From Paecilomyces variotii (Eukaryota), in the NCBI GenBank assembly GCA_004022145.1, contig RCNU01000003.1: a stretch of DNA of 64,000 nt; one strand, given 5' to 3'. Each line of letters opens with the position of its first letter. The first letter of the stretch is position 1. The position numbers were made by a program, and so were the translations under genes. Below the pieces are notes generated by a model that made no database searches, was not told where the DNA came from, and was given only the letters and a program-made list of their open reading frames with translations. Below are positions 1 to 13,166 of the stretch, one piece after another.

Positions 1-634
1 TGACAAACGGCCTCGTCATGATCGCGGCCCGTATGTACCTGACCGTACCGCGTAATATTACGACTTTCTTGGCCCCCGTCGCTCCCCGGGCCGCCCGCCC
101 TACTCGCTCGGTCTGTCCAGAACTTCCCCCCCCAAAGGCCTAATGCTGTGGTCAATTCTGCCTTCTGTCATCTCATTCCGTTTCTATACTCAAGGCCCGC
201 TCCCTTCCATAACGACCTCACCTCCCTCCTCTATCTGCACCTCAGAGCGAACTCTTGCTATCGATCTCGATGGCAATTGTCGTCCGCGGGTAATACGGTC
301 TACTCCGTCCTCCCTGCTAACCGGGACTTCCGCATCGTGGATCGGGCCTTGTTCGTGCCGACTGCTTGGAGGCCTCGCCGTCGTGTCAGCGCATTCGCCT
401 GTGCAGCACCATCGCAGTCTTCGCGCTCATCTCGAATAATACCCTCTCCGGTTCATTGCAGAAATATTCTTATTTTCGCCGTCTCTTTTCTCGATTCGAA
501 AAACGGATTCGCGCGGACTGGCTGCTCGTCGTGGCCCGCCACCTTGGCGCGGATGATTTCCTCCGCATCCCTTTCGAGACAATCCTAAATTACAACCTTT
601 TTTTATGCCCTCCTGGGTTCTGCGATAGCCTCAG

Positions 635-3600
635 ATGGCTCCACTACAGTTCGACGCAGACGGCAACGGGACAGGCGCCCCGATCGCCGAAGTATCCAGC
701 CATGTCTCTATGCCTACGAAGCGACAACGATGGGCGACCACGCGTATGCCCGCATCGGGGGGCATGAAGAAACGAGTCTCGATCATCGATCGCTTCCATA
801 AACGAGGGGCTTCGAAGGATGAGAAACGGAAGTCTGGCTCAAGCACGTTGCCTCCCGTCAATGAATCGTCAAGTGAAGACACCCAGGATCCGGAGGCTCC
901 TGCGAGGAGAGTGTATTTCAACATCCCGGTTCCAGACGAGGAGAAAGACGAGGAGGGCCTCATTAAGGCTAATTACCCTCGAAATAAGGTTCGGACTGCA
1001 AAGTATACGCCGTTAACTTTCGTCCCCAAAAATATCTGGTTCCAGTTCCACAATATCGCGAACATTTACTTCCTTTTCATCATTATCCTAGGCGTAAGTC
1101 TACATCTTAGTGAGATCTGCATCATGTATAATGTACTGACCAACATTGCAAGTTTTTCCCTATCTTCGGAGCTGATAACCCTGGTATGAATGCGGTTCCT
1201 CTAATCGTTATCGTGGTGGTCACTGCGTTCAAGGATGCGATCGAAGATTGGCGACGTACCGTGTTGGACAACGAAGTGAACAACTCGCCGGTATATCGCC
1301 TGGTTGAGTGGAATAATGTCAACTCTGTTGAGGATAACGTTTCCTTATGGCGCCGGATTAAGAAAGCGACAACTCGCGGTGTTGTTTTCACCTATCGGAA
1401 ACTCTCATCGCTCTCACGAAAGAAACAGCCGTCCAATGACTTCGAGGATGAGAGAGAACCAGCCAACGATCCGCGGGTTTCGATGTACTCTCAACGCCAG
1501 TCGATGTACTCTCAGCGCCAGTCGATGTACGCCCCTGCCGGTGAAGAGGAAGGGCGGGAAGCCATTCAGATGACACCGGTTCCATCTCCCGTTCCCGACA
1601 CTCTCCGCCCTCCTCAGGAAAGTTGGGCTATGGATTCGGCCGTTGACGATGGCCATCTTCAACAACCCGGCAGAATTGACCGCCAGAGTCTCCTGGCAGC
1701 CCCTAAAAAGGTTGGTAGCATCATTAACAGGACGAAGCAGACACCGGGAAAGGCTAGGTTCAAGCGCGATTACTGGAAAAACGTCCAGGTTGGAGATTTC
1801 GTGCGTATCTACAATGATGAGCCGATTCCAGCTGATATTATCATTTTGTCTACCTCTGACCCTGATGGTGCATGCTACGTGGAAACGAAGAGTCTGGATG
1901 GTGAGACCAACCTCAAAGTTCGGCACGCTCTTCACTGTGGACGCGAAGTCAAGCATGCTCGGGATTGTGAAAAGGCCGAATTTGTCATCGATAGTGAACC
2001 ACCGCACGCCAATCTGTATGCTTTCAGCGGTGCGATCAGATGGGAACAGTGCGACGAGAAGCATCCCGAGGCTCCTCGAAAGGAGATGGTTGAACCCATC
2101 ACTATCAACAACATGCTTCTCCGTGGCTGCAGTGTCCGCAACACTGACTGGGTTCTCGGCATTGTACTGTTCACTGGACCGCAAACTAGGATCATGCTGA
2201 ACTCCGGCGAGACTCCTAATAAACGTGCCAGACTCGCCAGGGAGCTCAACTGGAACGTCATCTACAATTTCATTATCTTGTTTCTTATGTGTCTTATTAC
2301 CGGAATTGTCAACGGGGTTGCCTGGGGAGAAGGGCACAAGTCTCTGAATTACTTCGATTTCAAGTCGTACGGTGGGACCCCTGCGGTTACTGGTATCATC
2401 ACATTCTGGGTCGCTGTCATCCTGTTTCAGAACTTGGTTCCTATCTCGCTATATATCTCCCTGGAAATTGTCCGGACTATCCAGGCGGTATTCATCCACA
2501 GTGACACCTTCATGTACTATGACAAACTGGGGACATCATGTGTCCCGAAGTCATGGAACATCTCGGATGATGTCGGACAAATCGAGTACATCTTCTCCGA
2601 CAAGACGGGAACTTTGACCCAAAACGTTATGGAGTTCAAGAAATGTACTATCAATGGTGTGCCCTATGGCGAAGCGTTCACGGAGGCGCAGGTCGGTATG
2701 AAACGACGAGAGGGAGGAAATGCGGATGCAGAAGCGGCAAAAGTACGGGAACAAATTGAAGTTGACCGGATCAGGATGTTGGAGATGCTTCGAAGTATCC
2801 ACAACAATCCGTATCTAAAGGACGATAATCTGACATTCGTTGCCCCCGACTACGTTGCCGATTTGCAGGGTCAGTCCGGTGAAGAGCAAAGGAAGGCTGC
2901 CGAACACTTCATGGTCGCTTTAGCTGTGTGTCACACGGTTGTCACTGAACACACACCTGGGGATCCCCCACAGATAGAGTTCAAGGCGCAGTCTCCCGAT
3001 GAGGCTGCTCTGGTTGCCACAGCCCGTGACTGCGGTTTCACTGTCATTGGAAGACATAACGATGATCTTATTGTCAACGTTATGGGTGAAGAACGGACCT
3101 ACACAGTGATGAACCTCTTGGAATTTAACTCTTCCAGGAAGAGAATGAGTGCTATTGTCAGAATGCCTGATGGTACTATTAGGCTCTTCTGCAAAGGAGC
3201 TGACAGCATCATATATTCTCGCTTGGCCCGTGGAAAGCAGCAGGAGCTCAGAAAGACGACGGCTGATCACTTGGAGATGTTCGCTCGGGAAGGACTTCGG
3301 ACACTCTGTGTTGCAGAGAGAGTTCTTAGCGAGCAGGAATACCAAGAATGGAATAAAACACATGATCTTGCCGCGGCAGCGCTCACTGACCGAGAAGAGA
3401 AACTTGAGGAAGTCTCGAGCGCGATTGAGCAAGAACTTATGCTCATCGGAGGCACCGCTATCGAGGACAGACTGCAAGACGGTGTACCTGATACGATCGC
3501 CTTGCTGGCTGATGCTGGTATCAAGCTCTGGGTGTTGACTGGTGACAAGGTGGAGACGGCCATCAACATTGGCTTCTCTTGCAACCTGTTGAACAACGAC

Positions 3601-5341
3601 ATGGATTTGATCGTCTTTAATATTCCTGAAAGCGAGCCGGAAAGAGCAGCAGCCGAACTCGACAAGCATCTGCAGCTATTCGGCCTAACAGGCTCCGATG
3701 AAGAACTTTTGGCTGCTCGGCAAGATCACTCGCCACCAAGCGCGACACATGCTGTCGTGATTGACGGTGATACGCTGAGGCTAATGTTGGGCGATGAACT
3801 GAAACAGCGATTCTTGTTGCTTTGCAAGCAGTGCAAGTCCATTCTATGCTGTCGAGTCAGCCCCGCCCAAAAAGCTGCAGTCGTTCGTTTGGTTAAGAAC
3901 GGTCTGAACATCATGGCTCTGTCAATTGGAGATGGTGCCAATGATGTTGCTATGATCCAAGAAGCGGATGTGGGAGTCGGTATTGCTGGAGAAGAAGGTC
4001 GTCAGGCTGCCATGGCGGCTGATTATGCCATTGGCCAGTTCAGATTCCTTCAACGGCTGGTTCTGGTGCACGGAAGATGGTCTTACCGCAGACTTGGAGA
4101 GACCACTGCGAATTTCTTCTATAAGGTATGTCTGAATGATATCAGCAAATGAGCAAGCCTCACATCTAACCTTGCGCGCAGAACCTTGTCTGGACATTCG
4201 CCTTGTTCTGGTACTCGATATACAATGATTTTGATGGCTCTTACCTTTTCGATTACACCTATATTATCCTCGTCAACGTGGCATTTACATCTCTGCCTGT
4301 CATCTTCATGGGAATCTTTGACCAAGATGTTGACGACAAAGTCTCCTTGGCTGTTCCTCAACTTTATATGAGAGGCATTGAACGGAAGGAATGGTCCCAA
4401 CGCAAATTCTGGTATGTGTGGTTGCTTCCAGCTTTGATGATAGACATTACTAACTCTGTAATAGGCTCTACATGCTGGACGGAATGTACCAGTCGCTGAT
4501 ATGCTTCTTTATGCCCTACTGTCTATACCGGCCCGCGACTTTCGTCCATGCTTCGGGTTTAAACGTCAATGACCGTGTGCGGATGGGTGTGCTTGTCGGT
4601 GCAGCTGCCGTTATCGCCAGCAATACTTATATTCTCATGAATACCTACCGCTGGGACTGGTTGACGGTCTTGATAAATTGCATCAGCTCGCTGCTGATCT
4701 TCTTCTGGACCGGCATATACAGTTGTTTTACCGCGTCGGGTCAATTCTACAACTCGGCATCTGAAGTCTACGGTGCTCTCTCGTTCTGGGCCGTGCTCCT
4801 CATTACGGTTATCATATGTCTACTGCCCCGCTTTTCCATCAAGGCGATCCAGAAAGTCTATTTCCCTCGCGATGTTGACATCATCCGTGAACAAGTCACA
4901 CTAGGCAGATTTAAATATCTGGACCAATTCGAAGCGTACGTGCCACCGTCGGCTGCTGCTATGGCGAGCACGGACTCAGCGACATCATCTGAACTAGGCA
5001 AGCCGATTCAACCAGATCTGAAACAGGATCCCTCTCTTCCCGAAGATGAACGCCCTATATATCCGCCGTCAGTTACGCCCACTTCCAACACTCACAACCC
5101 GCGCAGTCAGAACGGCAGTAACGCGACCGACTACACGGCCAGTATCGACTACCACCAAATCCCCGGGGCGTCGTGGGACCCAACCGGTCCTTCTGTGGAT
5201 AAGATGCGGCGAAGCTGGGAAGCTAGCAATGACTTCTCTTCCGCTGCAATGCTGGACCGTGTTGAGTCGACAAATGAGGAGCCTCAAAGCCCGCATAGTC
5301 CGCTGAAGAGTCCTAAAGATCCTCCTTCCAATCCTGCATAA
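635..5341 (+). CDS. P4-type ATPase phospholipid flippase (Dnf1/Dnf2-like); introns 1094-1152, 4126-4181, 4412-4464
   Basis: Motifs DGETNLK, FSDKTGTLT (phosphorylation site), LTGDKVETA, CCRVSP and IGDGANDV. Three GT..AG introns join ORFs 635, 1186, 4203 and 4472 in frame (ILG|FFPIFG, FFYK|NLVW, KFW|LYMLDG). Confidence 0.95.
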
Positions 5342-6540
5342 ACAATCATTATCCTGTCCTGTCAATTTTCGGATGCCCTTGACGAAGAGTTTAGTCGGTT
5401 TTGCGGTCGGTAATTTCCCCTTTGCCATTTTTATTTTCCATTTTTGGATTCCCAGTATTTTTGAACTCATTTTTTTCTCCTTCAAAATTCCCTATAGATG
5501 GCGTTCGGTTTGCAGTGTGCTGGTTGAAAGGGTCTCACGGCGCGTGGGAATTACTACCTGAATATCCTTTTTTTTTTTCGTTTCGCTTCTTTTCTCCTTT
5601 TTTGCCCCGTATAGTCCTTCTGTCATATAAGGCCTAGTCGGCTTTTTGTGCCTTTTTGTGCTTCTTCCTGTATAAACTCATGAACCTGGCAAGGTACGAC
5701 AAAATGTGCTGCTCTCATCCTTGTTCCCCTTTCGATCTTTCTAACCACCCGTTAGCAAACAAGCAGTGTGGGGGGTATTCTAGAGGGGATCAGCGTGTGA
5801 AGGTCCAAGCAGCTGATAATTGTATTTTAGCGAGATCTCAAATCAGCTCTCAAATCATTTGAAGGCTAGCCTTAGTAAAAATCACTTGTTGAATTTCTTC
5901 CCTGCGCTATAACGTATGTAGACAAGCCCTCTGCCCCGTAAATCCTGGTCACCTAGAAGTGCGAGTTATATCTTCCCCGATGGCGTAGGAAATCGGCATA
6001 CTTAAAAAGAGTCTCTCGGATTGTCCCAAACGCGCTCTTTGGCTCCCGCGCGTAAAGTGGGCGATCGCGCTTTTGCCGACTCTCGTTGGGCCAATGAGCG
6101 CAGTTCTCCGGTCCAGCTTTCTGTTGTATCACTGCGCAGGGTCGCCGTCTTTTCAGACCATCAATCTCCGTTTGTCTCTTCTCCCCTCCAGGAGGCACGA
6201 CCGGCTGCTTACACACTAATTTTTTTCTTTGAGAGTCAGGGCTCCACTGCTGTCTATTTTATATCATCTACTGCTGAAGGCCTGGAAGCTCACCTGAGAT
6301 CGCGGAGTGGTTCTGTGCTTTTGCGCTCCACAACCCTTGTCTCTCATCGACGCCACTGTGAATTCCAACTCATGAACGGCATGAAATCATAGACTAGCGT
6401 GGATAGTGATAAGTTATTCTCTTTCCTTCACATGCTATGAAGAGAGCCCTATGTGAGCTCTAGCTGCAGGATAGGCTCCGTGGTCAACTGAAAAAAAGGG
6501 CCTCTTCGAGGGAAAGAGACTGGGACGGCAACATTAGACC

Positions 6541-9500
6541 ATGGAGTTTATGGGCATTATTGGGTATGGACTTCTCTGGGCCTCTCATGCGAAGGGCCAA
6601 CCGACATGGATCGAAGTCCACATGCTGACACTGTTTTTCTCTTAGGGAGCTACAGTCCCTTCCTGATAATATCCATCTCCTGTGTCCTCGCCAGCATGAC
6701 GATGACTACGCACGATACGATGACCCCTCCGCGGTAGACGAGTCAGGAAATAGCGTCGCTAGGCTCATCGAAGAAGCAAAAGACCGTAAAGAGAAGTTCC
6801 TATCATGTATGCAGATCCTGGCCTTCAGCCAGGAGGAAGTGGCGGAGGTTCAGGAGTGGATCTGGCGGAGGCTCGATGACGCCTTGGAAAAATGCGATTT
6901 GTGTATAAAGGAATACTACACAGGAAAGATGTGGCTGGTGGAACGGCTGAAGGAGAACTACGACGATGAGGATATTGAGAAATTCGCTCGCATGCTCGAC
7001 GAGTGGGATATCAAGCGGATAACGAGGAATTTGGCTACTGCAGCGGAGCAGCTGAAGGCGGTTTCACCACAGGATATTGGCTTACATGTCTTGGATCGTG
7101 CATCGTTGCTCTCGATCTTCGAGACTCTGAGCTGTGAAGCTATGCTTCGTAACGATGCGCTTCTGCGTGAACACTTCGATGAGCCCTTCAGGCTTATTCA
7201 GACCAAGCGTAGCTTGAAGGTCTCGGATTATATCCCCGCCGTGTCTCGTTTTCTGTTTGACGCCAATCAAGCGCGAAGCTTCTGGGCCATTCACGCCTGG
7301 TCACGATATCCGCGACCGCCAACTACTGAAGAGTTCGACTGGGCTATCAAAGAGGGACTTCTCGATGCCCTCAGGCAAGCCTCACAGCAGCCGCTCCAGA
7401 TTCCAGTTATCCAAAGGCTGTGGCGTGGGATGCAGCTAATAGTCAAAAGGCTAGACAAAGAGCAGATCACACATAATCTCCGAGCTTTGGAAATCGATCC
7501 TTGTCGACTCTCGGTGGAACATCTTTCAGTCCAAGCTCCTGGATTACGGTTTCTTCTCAACACTATTCAGCTTTTCCTTGAGAAGGCCCCAGGGGACTTT
7601 TGGGATGCGATGCAGACGATCTCTCCACAGGCCATTATCGAGCAGGTCTTTTATAATCCACAATTAGACGCCTTCCTGATGCAGATTTCCGACGGGGAAC
7701 CGTTCGAGAAGTCCGCGATGAAGGATATGTTATCATGGATTAACCCTTTCATGTCGTCTCTCAAGGGTGCCCACCAACCATCGGCTTGCAGATTCCTCGT
7801 TTTGCAGCTCCTCAACCGTCTTCAGGATCCCAGATTTCCGAACCTTGCCAGATACCATTGTTTCCGCGTAGGCCTCTCGGTGCTGCTCACTACCCTGCGT
7901 AGTTTCACCGACAATGAAGCATCAAGAGGCTCGGTTGCACGCATCGTCTTGTCGGAGACTCTGGAAACGGTCAGCCAAAACATCAATAAGATTCTTGAGC
8001 CCCCAAAATTCGCTGTCGAGCAAGGACGGCAGGAAGAGATATCGTCGCTATGCATGGATGTTGTGCGAAATACCTTGGCTCTCGAGTGTCAGTCTTTGAA
8101 GACAGACTATGAGGTTATCCTCCGACATAAGACCATGCAGCATGGAGTAAGTACGTACTCTGCAGCCATCTGGGATCCAGTCATCCAGCATCTACATGAA
8201 GACAACATAGCACTGTCTACGGCGGCCCTGCTGGGGATATTGCCTCTTGTGGGTTTGGAGAAATTCCCCACGAAAGGAGAGGGAAGCCGGGAGAAAACGC
8301 ATTTCAATCTCATATATGGCCATCTGACGCATCTCTCGTGTCAAATCTTTGAGCGCCTGGCGGACTTCAAACCTGAGCATCTAGATCGTCTGTTTCAGAG
8401 CCAGGATACGAGCAGTGCGTTGATATCGGCTCTGTTTTCTGCGGACCAAAATACCTACCATGCAGCTGTTGAACTCATCAAGAACGTTAGCGGACAGTCT
8501 GCGCGGCGAGACGCCATTTCCCATCTCTTGAAGTCCTTTTTTACAACAACGATGTACGGTCTTAGTTGGTCATTCCGGCGAATATCGAACATGAAGACCT
8601 TTGCCTCTGCCCCCAGAATGATCCACACAGGGACTGATATTGTCGATATACTCTGCGATAGTCAGTACGGTATGCTTAGGACCCGCAAGCTTGCTGATCG
8701 TCGAGAGATGTTTGCTCTACAGAAGCTTTGGGAATACCAATGGCAAGCATTAACAACAATTTTCGACGAAACCGAATCCTGGCATCTTAGAGGCAATGAT
8801 AAGAGTGTGATGCTGGAGTTTTGTCGAGATACTATACAGTTCGCTGATCTGCTCTTCGGCCAGTACAGTGTCTTTGCCAGCGCCGTCATTGACGCTGATC
8901 CAGGCCAGGAAAAGACTGTCGGAGAAAATTTGCTGAAGTCCCCGACGTCGACAATGAGCGCAATGGTTAAATGGCTCAGGCTTAAAGATGAGTATCTGGC
9001 GACAACATTGGTCGGCCTAGTAGCGAAACTCCTTCGTCGCTTGGGCGAACTAAGTGTGACGCCCGTGAAGGAGGATGCTTTGAACTTCATTGAAGGTGTT
9101 GCGGTCAAGTCTACTGTCAAGACTATCCTTACGCCGCGAGAGAAAGCAGAGCTTGTTAGGGCCCTGGAGGCTTACTACAAGAAGCCTGTTATCACAGCAT
9201 CGACTGCTGCGCTCAAGAAGCAAAGCATGATTACAGCATTTGCCAAGCCTGTTGACGCTTCAGGCGCATCCACTCCTACGGCGGCAACCAGTGACGACGA
9301 ATTTGACGAGTCCAGCATCCCCGATGATGTCTTGATGCAGATGTCGAGATCGGTGGAATTGAATAAAGCTCGGTTAGCTGCTCAGGCACAGAGGAAGGCC
9401 GAGAAAGCAAAGGCGGATGCAGCTGTTCCTGCTATACCTAAGCCTCTCAAAGCACCCGCAAAGCCTCCGGTTAATGTCGAGTCGTTCCGTGAGAAACGGG

Positions 9501-12500
9501 AGAAGGAGAAAGAGGCGAAAAAGAAGCGCGATATGGCTGAATTAGCACGTCTAAAGAAAAAATCTATTGTGGGCGGCGTTGCCGAACAGACTGCGGAACA
9601 AGGGTCAGGACTAAGCGGGATTGGAGTAAGGGGCAAAGATCATAGTAAGCCGGCGGAGAGCATGATGGTATCGTCAGGCTCGGAATCCGAATCGAGTGAA
9701 GATGAGCTTGACAAAGAACTGTTCGGAGCAAAGGCTAGATCGAAGCCAGATGCTGTCAGGGAATACGAAGAAAGCCGGAAAAAGCTGCTGAAGCAGCGTG
9801 CACCTGTCAAGAAGATCAAGCAAGTGCGGTCTGCCAAAGATATGCGTGCTCGACTAGCTCCAGATCTCTCCTCGTTGCACCGGACGCTACTAAGCTGGGA
9901 TTTCTTTGCTACCGGTGACTTGCCTCCCAACTCGGGCCGAACTGACTACACCTTGGTCTCCAACTCGTTTCGAGACCCAGTAGAATATCAGAGGACATTC
10001 GAGCCGCTGTTGGTCCTAGAAGCGTGGCAGGGATTCCAGCAGTCTAAAGAGGACGGCACTTTCAGAGCTTTCGAGATCAAAGTCGCCAATCGTCTCTCCG
10101 TAGACTCGTTCGTCGAAGTCAGTACTGTGATGCAGCTGCCAGACGTAAAAGATTTTGGGGTCGGTGAAGCTGATTTCATCATACTTTCCAAGTCGAAAAA
10201 CCCGGCAACTGATTCTAGTGCGCCTCACTGCATGGCTAGAGTTTCTGGTATCAACCGTAAGAAAGGCAGTGTGGAGGTCTCGTTTCGTGTCAATCCCGGT
10301 ATACCGATGATCTCTTCTCTTGCTCCTGGTGCCTCGCTGTGGGGAGCTAGAATCACATCTCTTACGCCTTTAGAGCGAGAGTACGGCGCACTTATGGCTT
10401 TGCAGTACTACGACCTGTGCGACGAGATCATCAGGGCTAAGCCGTCACCTATTCTCGATTATTCTGATATCACCTTGAAGCCGATTGCAGAGAACTATAA
10501 TGTGAACCCTGCACAGGCGAAAGCGGTGAAGTCTGCTCTGGACAATGACGCCTTTACTTTGATCCAGGGTCCTCCTGGATCCGGAAAGACCAAGACTATT
10601 GTTGCACTTGTGGGTGCACTCTTGACGAACTCGTTTGTTTCTCAAGGAGTAGCTATATCGCGACCAAATGCGGGAGGCGACTTTAGACCAGCTACACGGA
10701 CGACGACAGCGAAAAAGCTGCTTGTTTGTGCGCCCAGTAATGCTGCCGTGGACGAATTGGTTATGAGATTCAAGGAAGGCGTGAAGACGCTCCAGGGCAG
10801 ACACGAGAAGTTGTCTGTTATCCGTCTCGGACGCAGCGATGCTATCAATACGAACGTCCTGGATGTTACATTGGACGAACTGGTCAATACGAGAATCAAC
10901 CAGTCAACTCGCAAAGATGGCGAGGACAGAGATCTCCAAAAGATGTACATGGAACATAAAGCTGCTGATACGGCTTTCAAAGAGATACGTGCCAAAATTG
11001 ACCAGTGCAGGGCGCAAGGCCAGCCCGTCTCCGATGATCTGAACAGAGAGTTTGACCTTTTGAAAAAGAAGAGGGTACAATTGAGTCAAGAAATTGACAC
11101 CGCCAGAGACAAGAATCATTCGGCAGCTCGTGATGCCGAACTGACCCGTCGCCGCATTCAGCAAGAAATCATCGATGGTGCTCATGTTATCTGCGCGACG
11201 CTCAGCGGAAGTGGACACGAAATGTTCCAGAATCTGAGCATTGAATTCGAGACCGTCATTATCGATGAGGCGGCCCAGTCTATTGAATTGAGCGCCTTGA
11301 TTCCCCTGAAGTACGGGTGCTCCAAGTGTATTCTTGTGGGAGACCCCAAACAGTTGCCGCCTACAGTGCTTTCAAAAGAGGCGTCGCGGTTCCAGTACGA
11401 ACAGAGTTTGTTCGTTCGCATGCAGGCCAACCACCCGAGAGACGTACACCTCCTGGACACCCAGTATCGTATGCACCCAGACATCAGTCGCTTCCCAAGT
11501 GCTACTTTCTATGATGGCAAGCTGCAGGATGGGCCGAATATGGCGAAGCTTCGCAACCGGCCTTGGCATCAGGCTGAACTTCTTGGACCTTACCGTTTCT
11601 TTGATGTCCAGGGATTACATCAAAGTGCTGCCAAGGGGCACTCTTTGGTTAATTATGCGGAACTGCGCGTTGCTATGCAGCTTTACGAACGGCTAACTAC
11701 GGACTTCCGGGAGTATGACTTCTCCGGGAAAGTCGGTATTATCACGCCCTACAAGGGTCAACTGAAGGAGCTTAAGAATCAGTTCGCGAATAAGTACGGC
11801 AACGCAATCTTCAGTCGTGTGGAGTTCAACACAACCGATGCTTTCCAGGGTAGAGAAAGTGAGGTCATCATCTTCTCTTGTGTACGGGCTTCGGACAGAG
11901 GCATTGGTTTCTTGGCTGATATCCGACGTATGAACGTCGGTTTGACCCGTGCTAAATCATCTCTCTGGGTCCTCGGAAACTCCCAATCTCTGGTTCGTGG
12001 AGAGTTCTGGAACAGGCTCATCACCGACGCACGAAATAGAAACGTGTATACAAACGGCGATGTCCTTCAAATGCTCCAGCGGCCCCAATTTACAGGCTAC
12101 AGAAATGTAGAGATGGTTGACGCGGATGCTGAAGCTTTTGCTGTTGACACTGCCCCTCCTTCACGTCCTGCTTCGGTGTCAAGCGGCGGTTCTTTCTCAC
12201 GACCGCCGTCGACGGGAGTCGATTCTTCCTTGTCAGTATCAGTGTCTGCCAGAGCGACACCGCCACCTCCTCTACCTGATGGGCCCTCAGGAGGGCCTTC
12301 GGGACTTGATGAGACTAAGATGTGTGGAATATGTGGCAGCTACGCTCATATGACACACAATTGCGATAATATCGATGCGCAGGAAACCGCCCGAGGCACA
12401 TGTTATAGATGCGGCAAGTCAGGCCATACGAGAATTAACTGCACGGTTGAGCGCTGTATCGAATGTGGAGAAATGGGTCATAACTCTCGTGATTGCACAT

Positions 12501-13166
12501 CCACTGAGGTCTTGTCCAAGAAAGATAAGGATAGGATCGTAAGAGAGGAATACAAGCACACCCAGTTCCAGAAGCAGAAGGCGGAGCGGCAGAGACAGAG
12601 GCAATTGGGTGGCCATGATCCTAAAGTGCCCGTCATAAAGATTTCGACTGGGACGGCCCCTCCTGATGGAGAGAAGGCTCGAATGCCACACAGTGCTGCC
12701 CCAACGAAGCGTAAACGGACAGAATCGCCTCCCAAAGATGCTCCAAAGGGTCCCAAGTCGCGGAAGTCAGACCAGGCGGCCCCGCCTACGGCTCCGAAAG
12801 GACCAAGGAAGAGACATGATGCTCATATTTCGCAGCCTCCTGGTGTTAGTACTGTCCCGTTCGAGCCACTTCTTTCGATACTGACTGTTTGCCAGGACCT
12901 CATGAAGCCGTCGCGGGATGGCCCGGTCCCATTGTCTCTACAGTCCCCTGCTGGTGGACAGTCAGGGGCGAATAATGCTCATGTATGTGTGACATATTGC
13001 CCTTTGGCACACAGCCCTCCGACATTGCTTAGGGAGTCATTTATACTAACGTTTCGCCTAGGCCCCGCCGCGCCCTCCGCAACGACCTGGAAATGGGATC
13101 AGACCGCCGCCTCCTCCTCGAAGAAAGAAGGAGGTTGATCCGTTTATCAGACCAAAGAGGAGATGA
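6541..13166 (+). CDS. SEN1: Sen1 (senataxin-like SF1 RNA/DNA helicase); introns 6564-6645, 12845-12895, 12983-13061
   Basis: Long N-terminal domain plus Upf1-like helicase motifs QGPPGSGKT, CAPSNAAVD, IIDEAAQ, LVGDPKQLPP, QYRMHP, FQGRE and RRMNVGLTRAK. ATG 6541 splices in frame into the 6809 ORF; the spliced C-terminus ends KKEVDPFIRPKRR* at 13166. Confidence 0.93.

Noticed and set aside
1414..3669. Long antisense ORFs (307 aa, 249 aa) within the flippase, and similar ones inside SEN1, POP1 and the kinase
   Set aside because: These are shadow ORFs produced by codon bias on the opposite strand of real genes.
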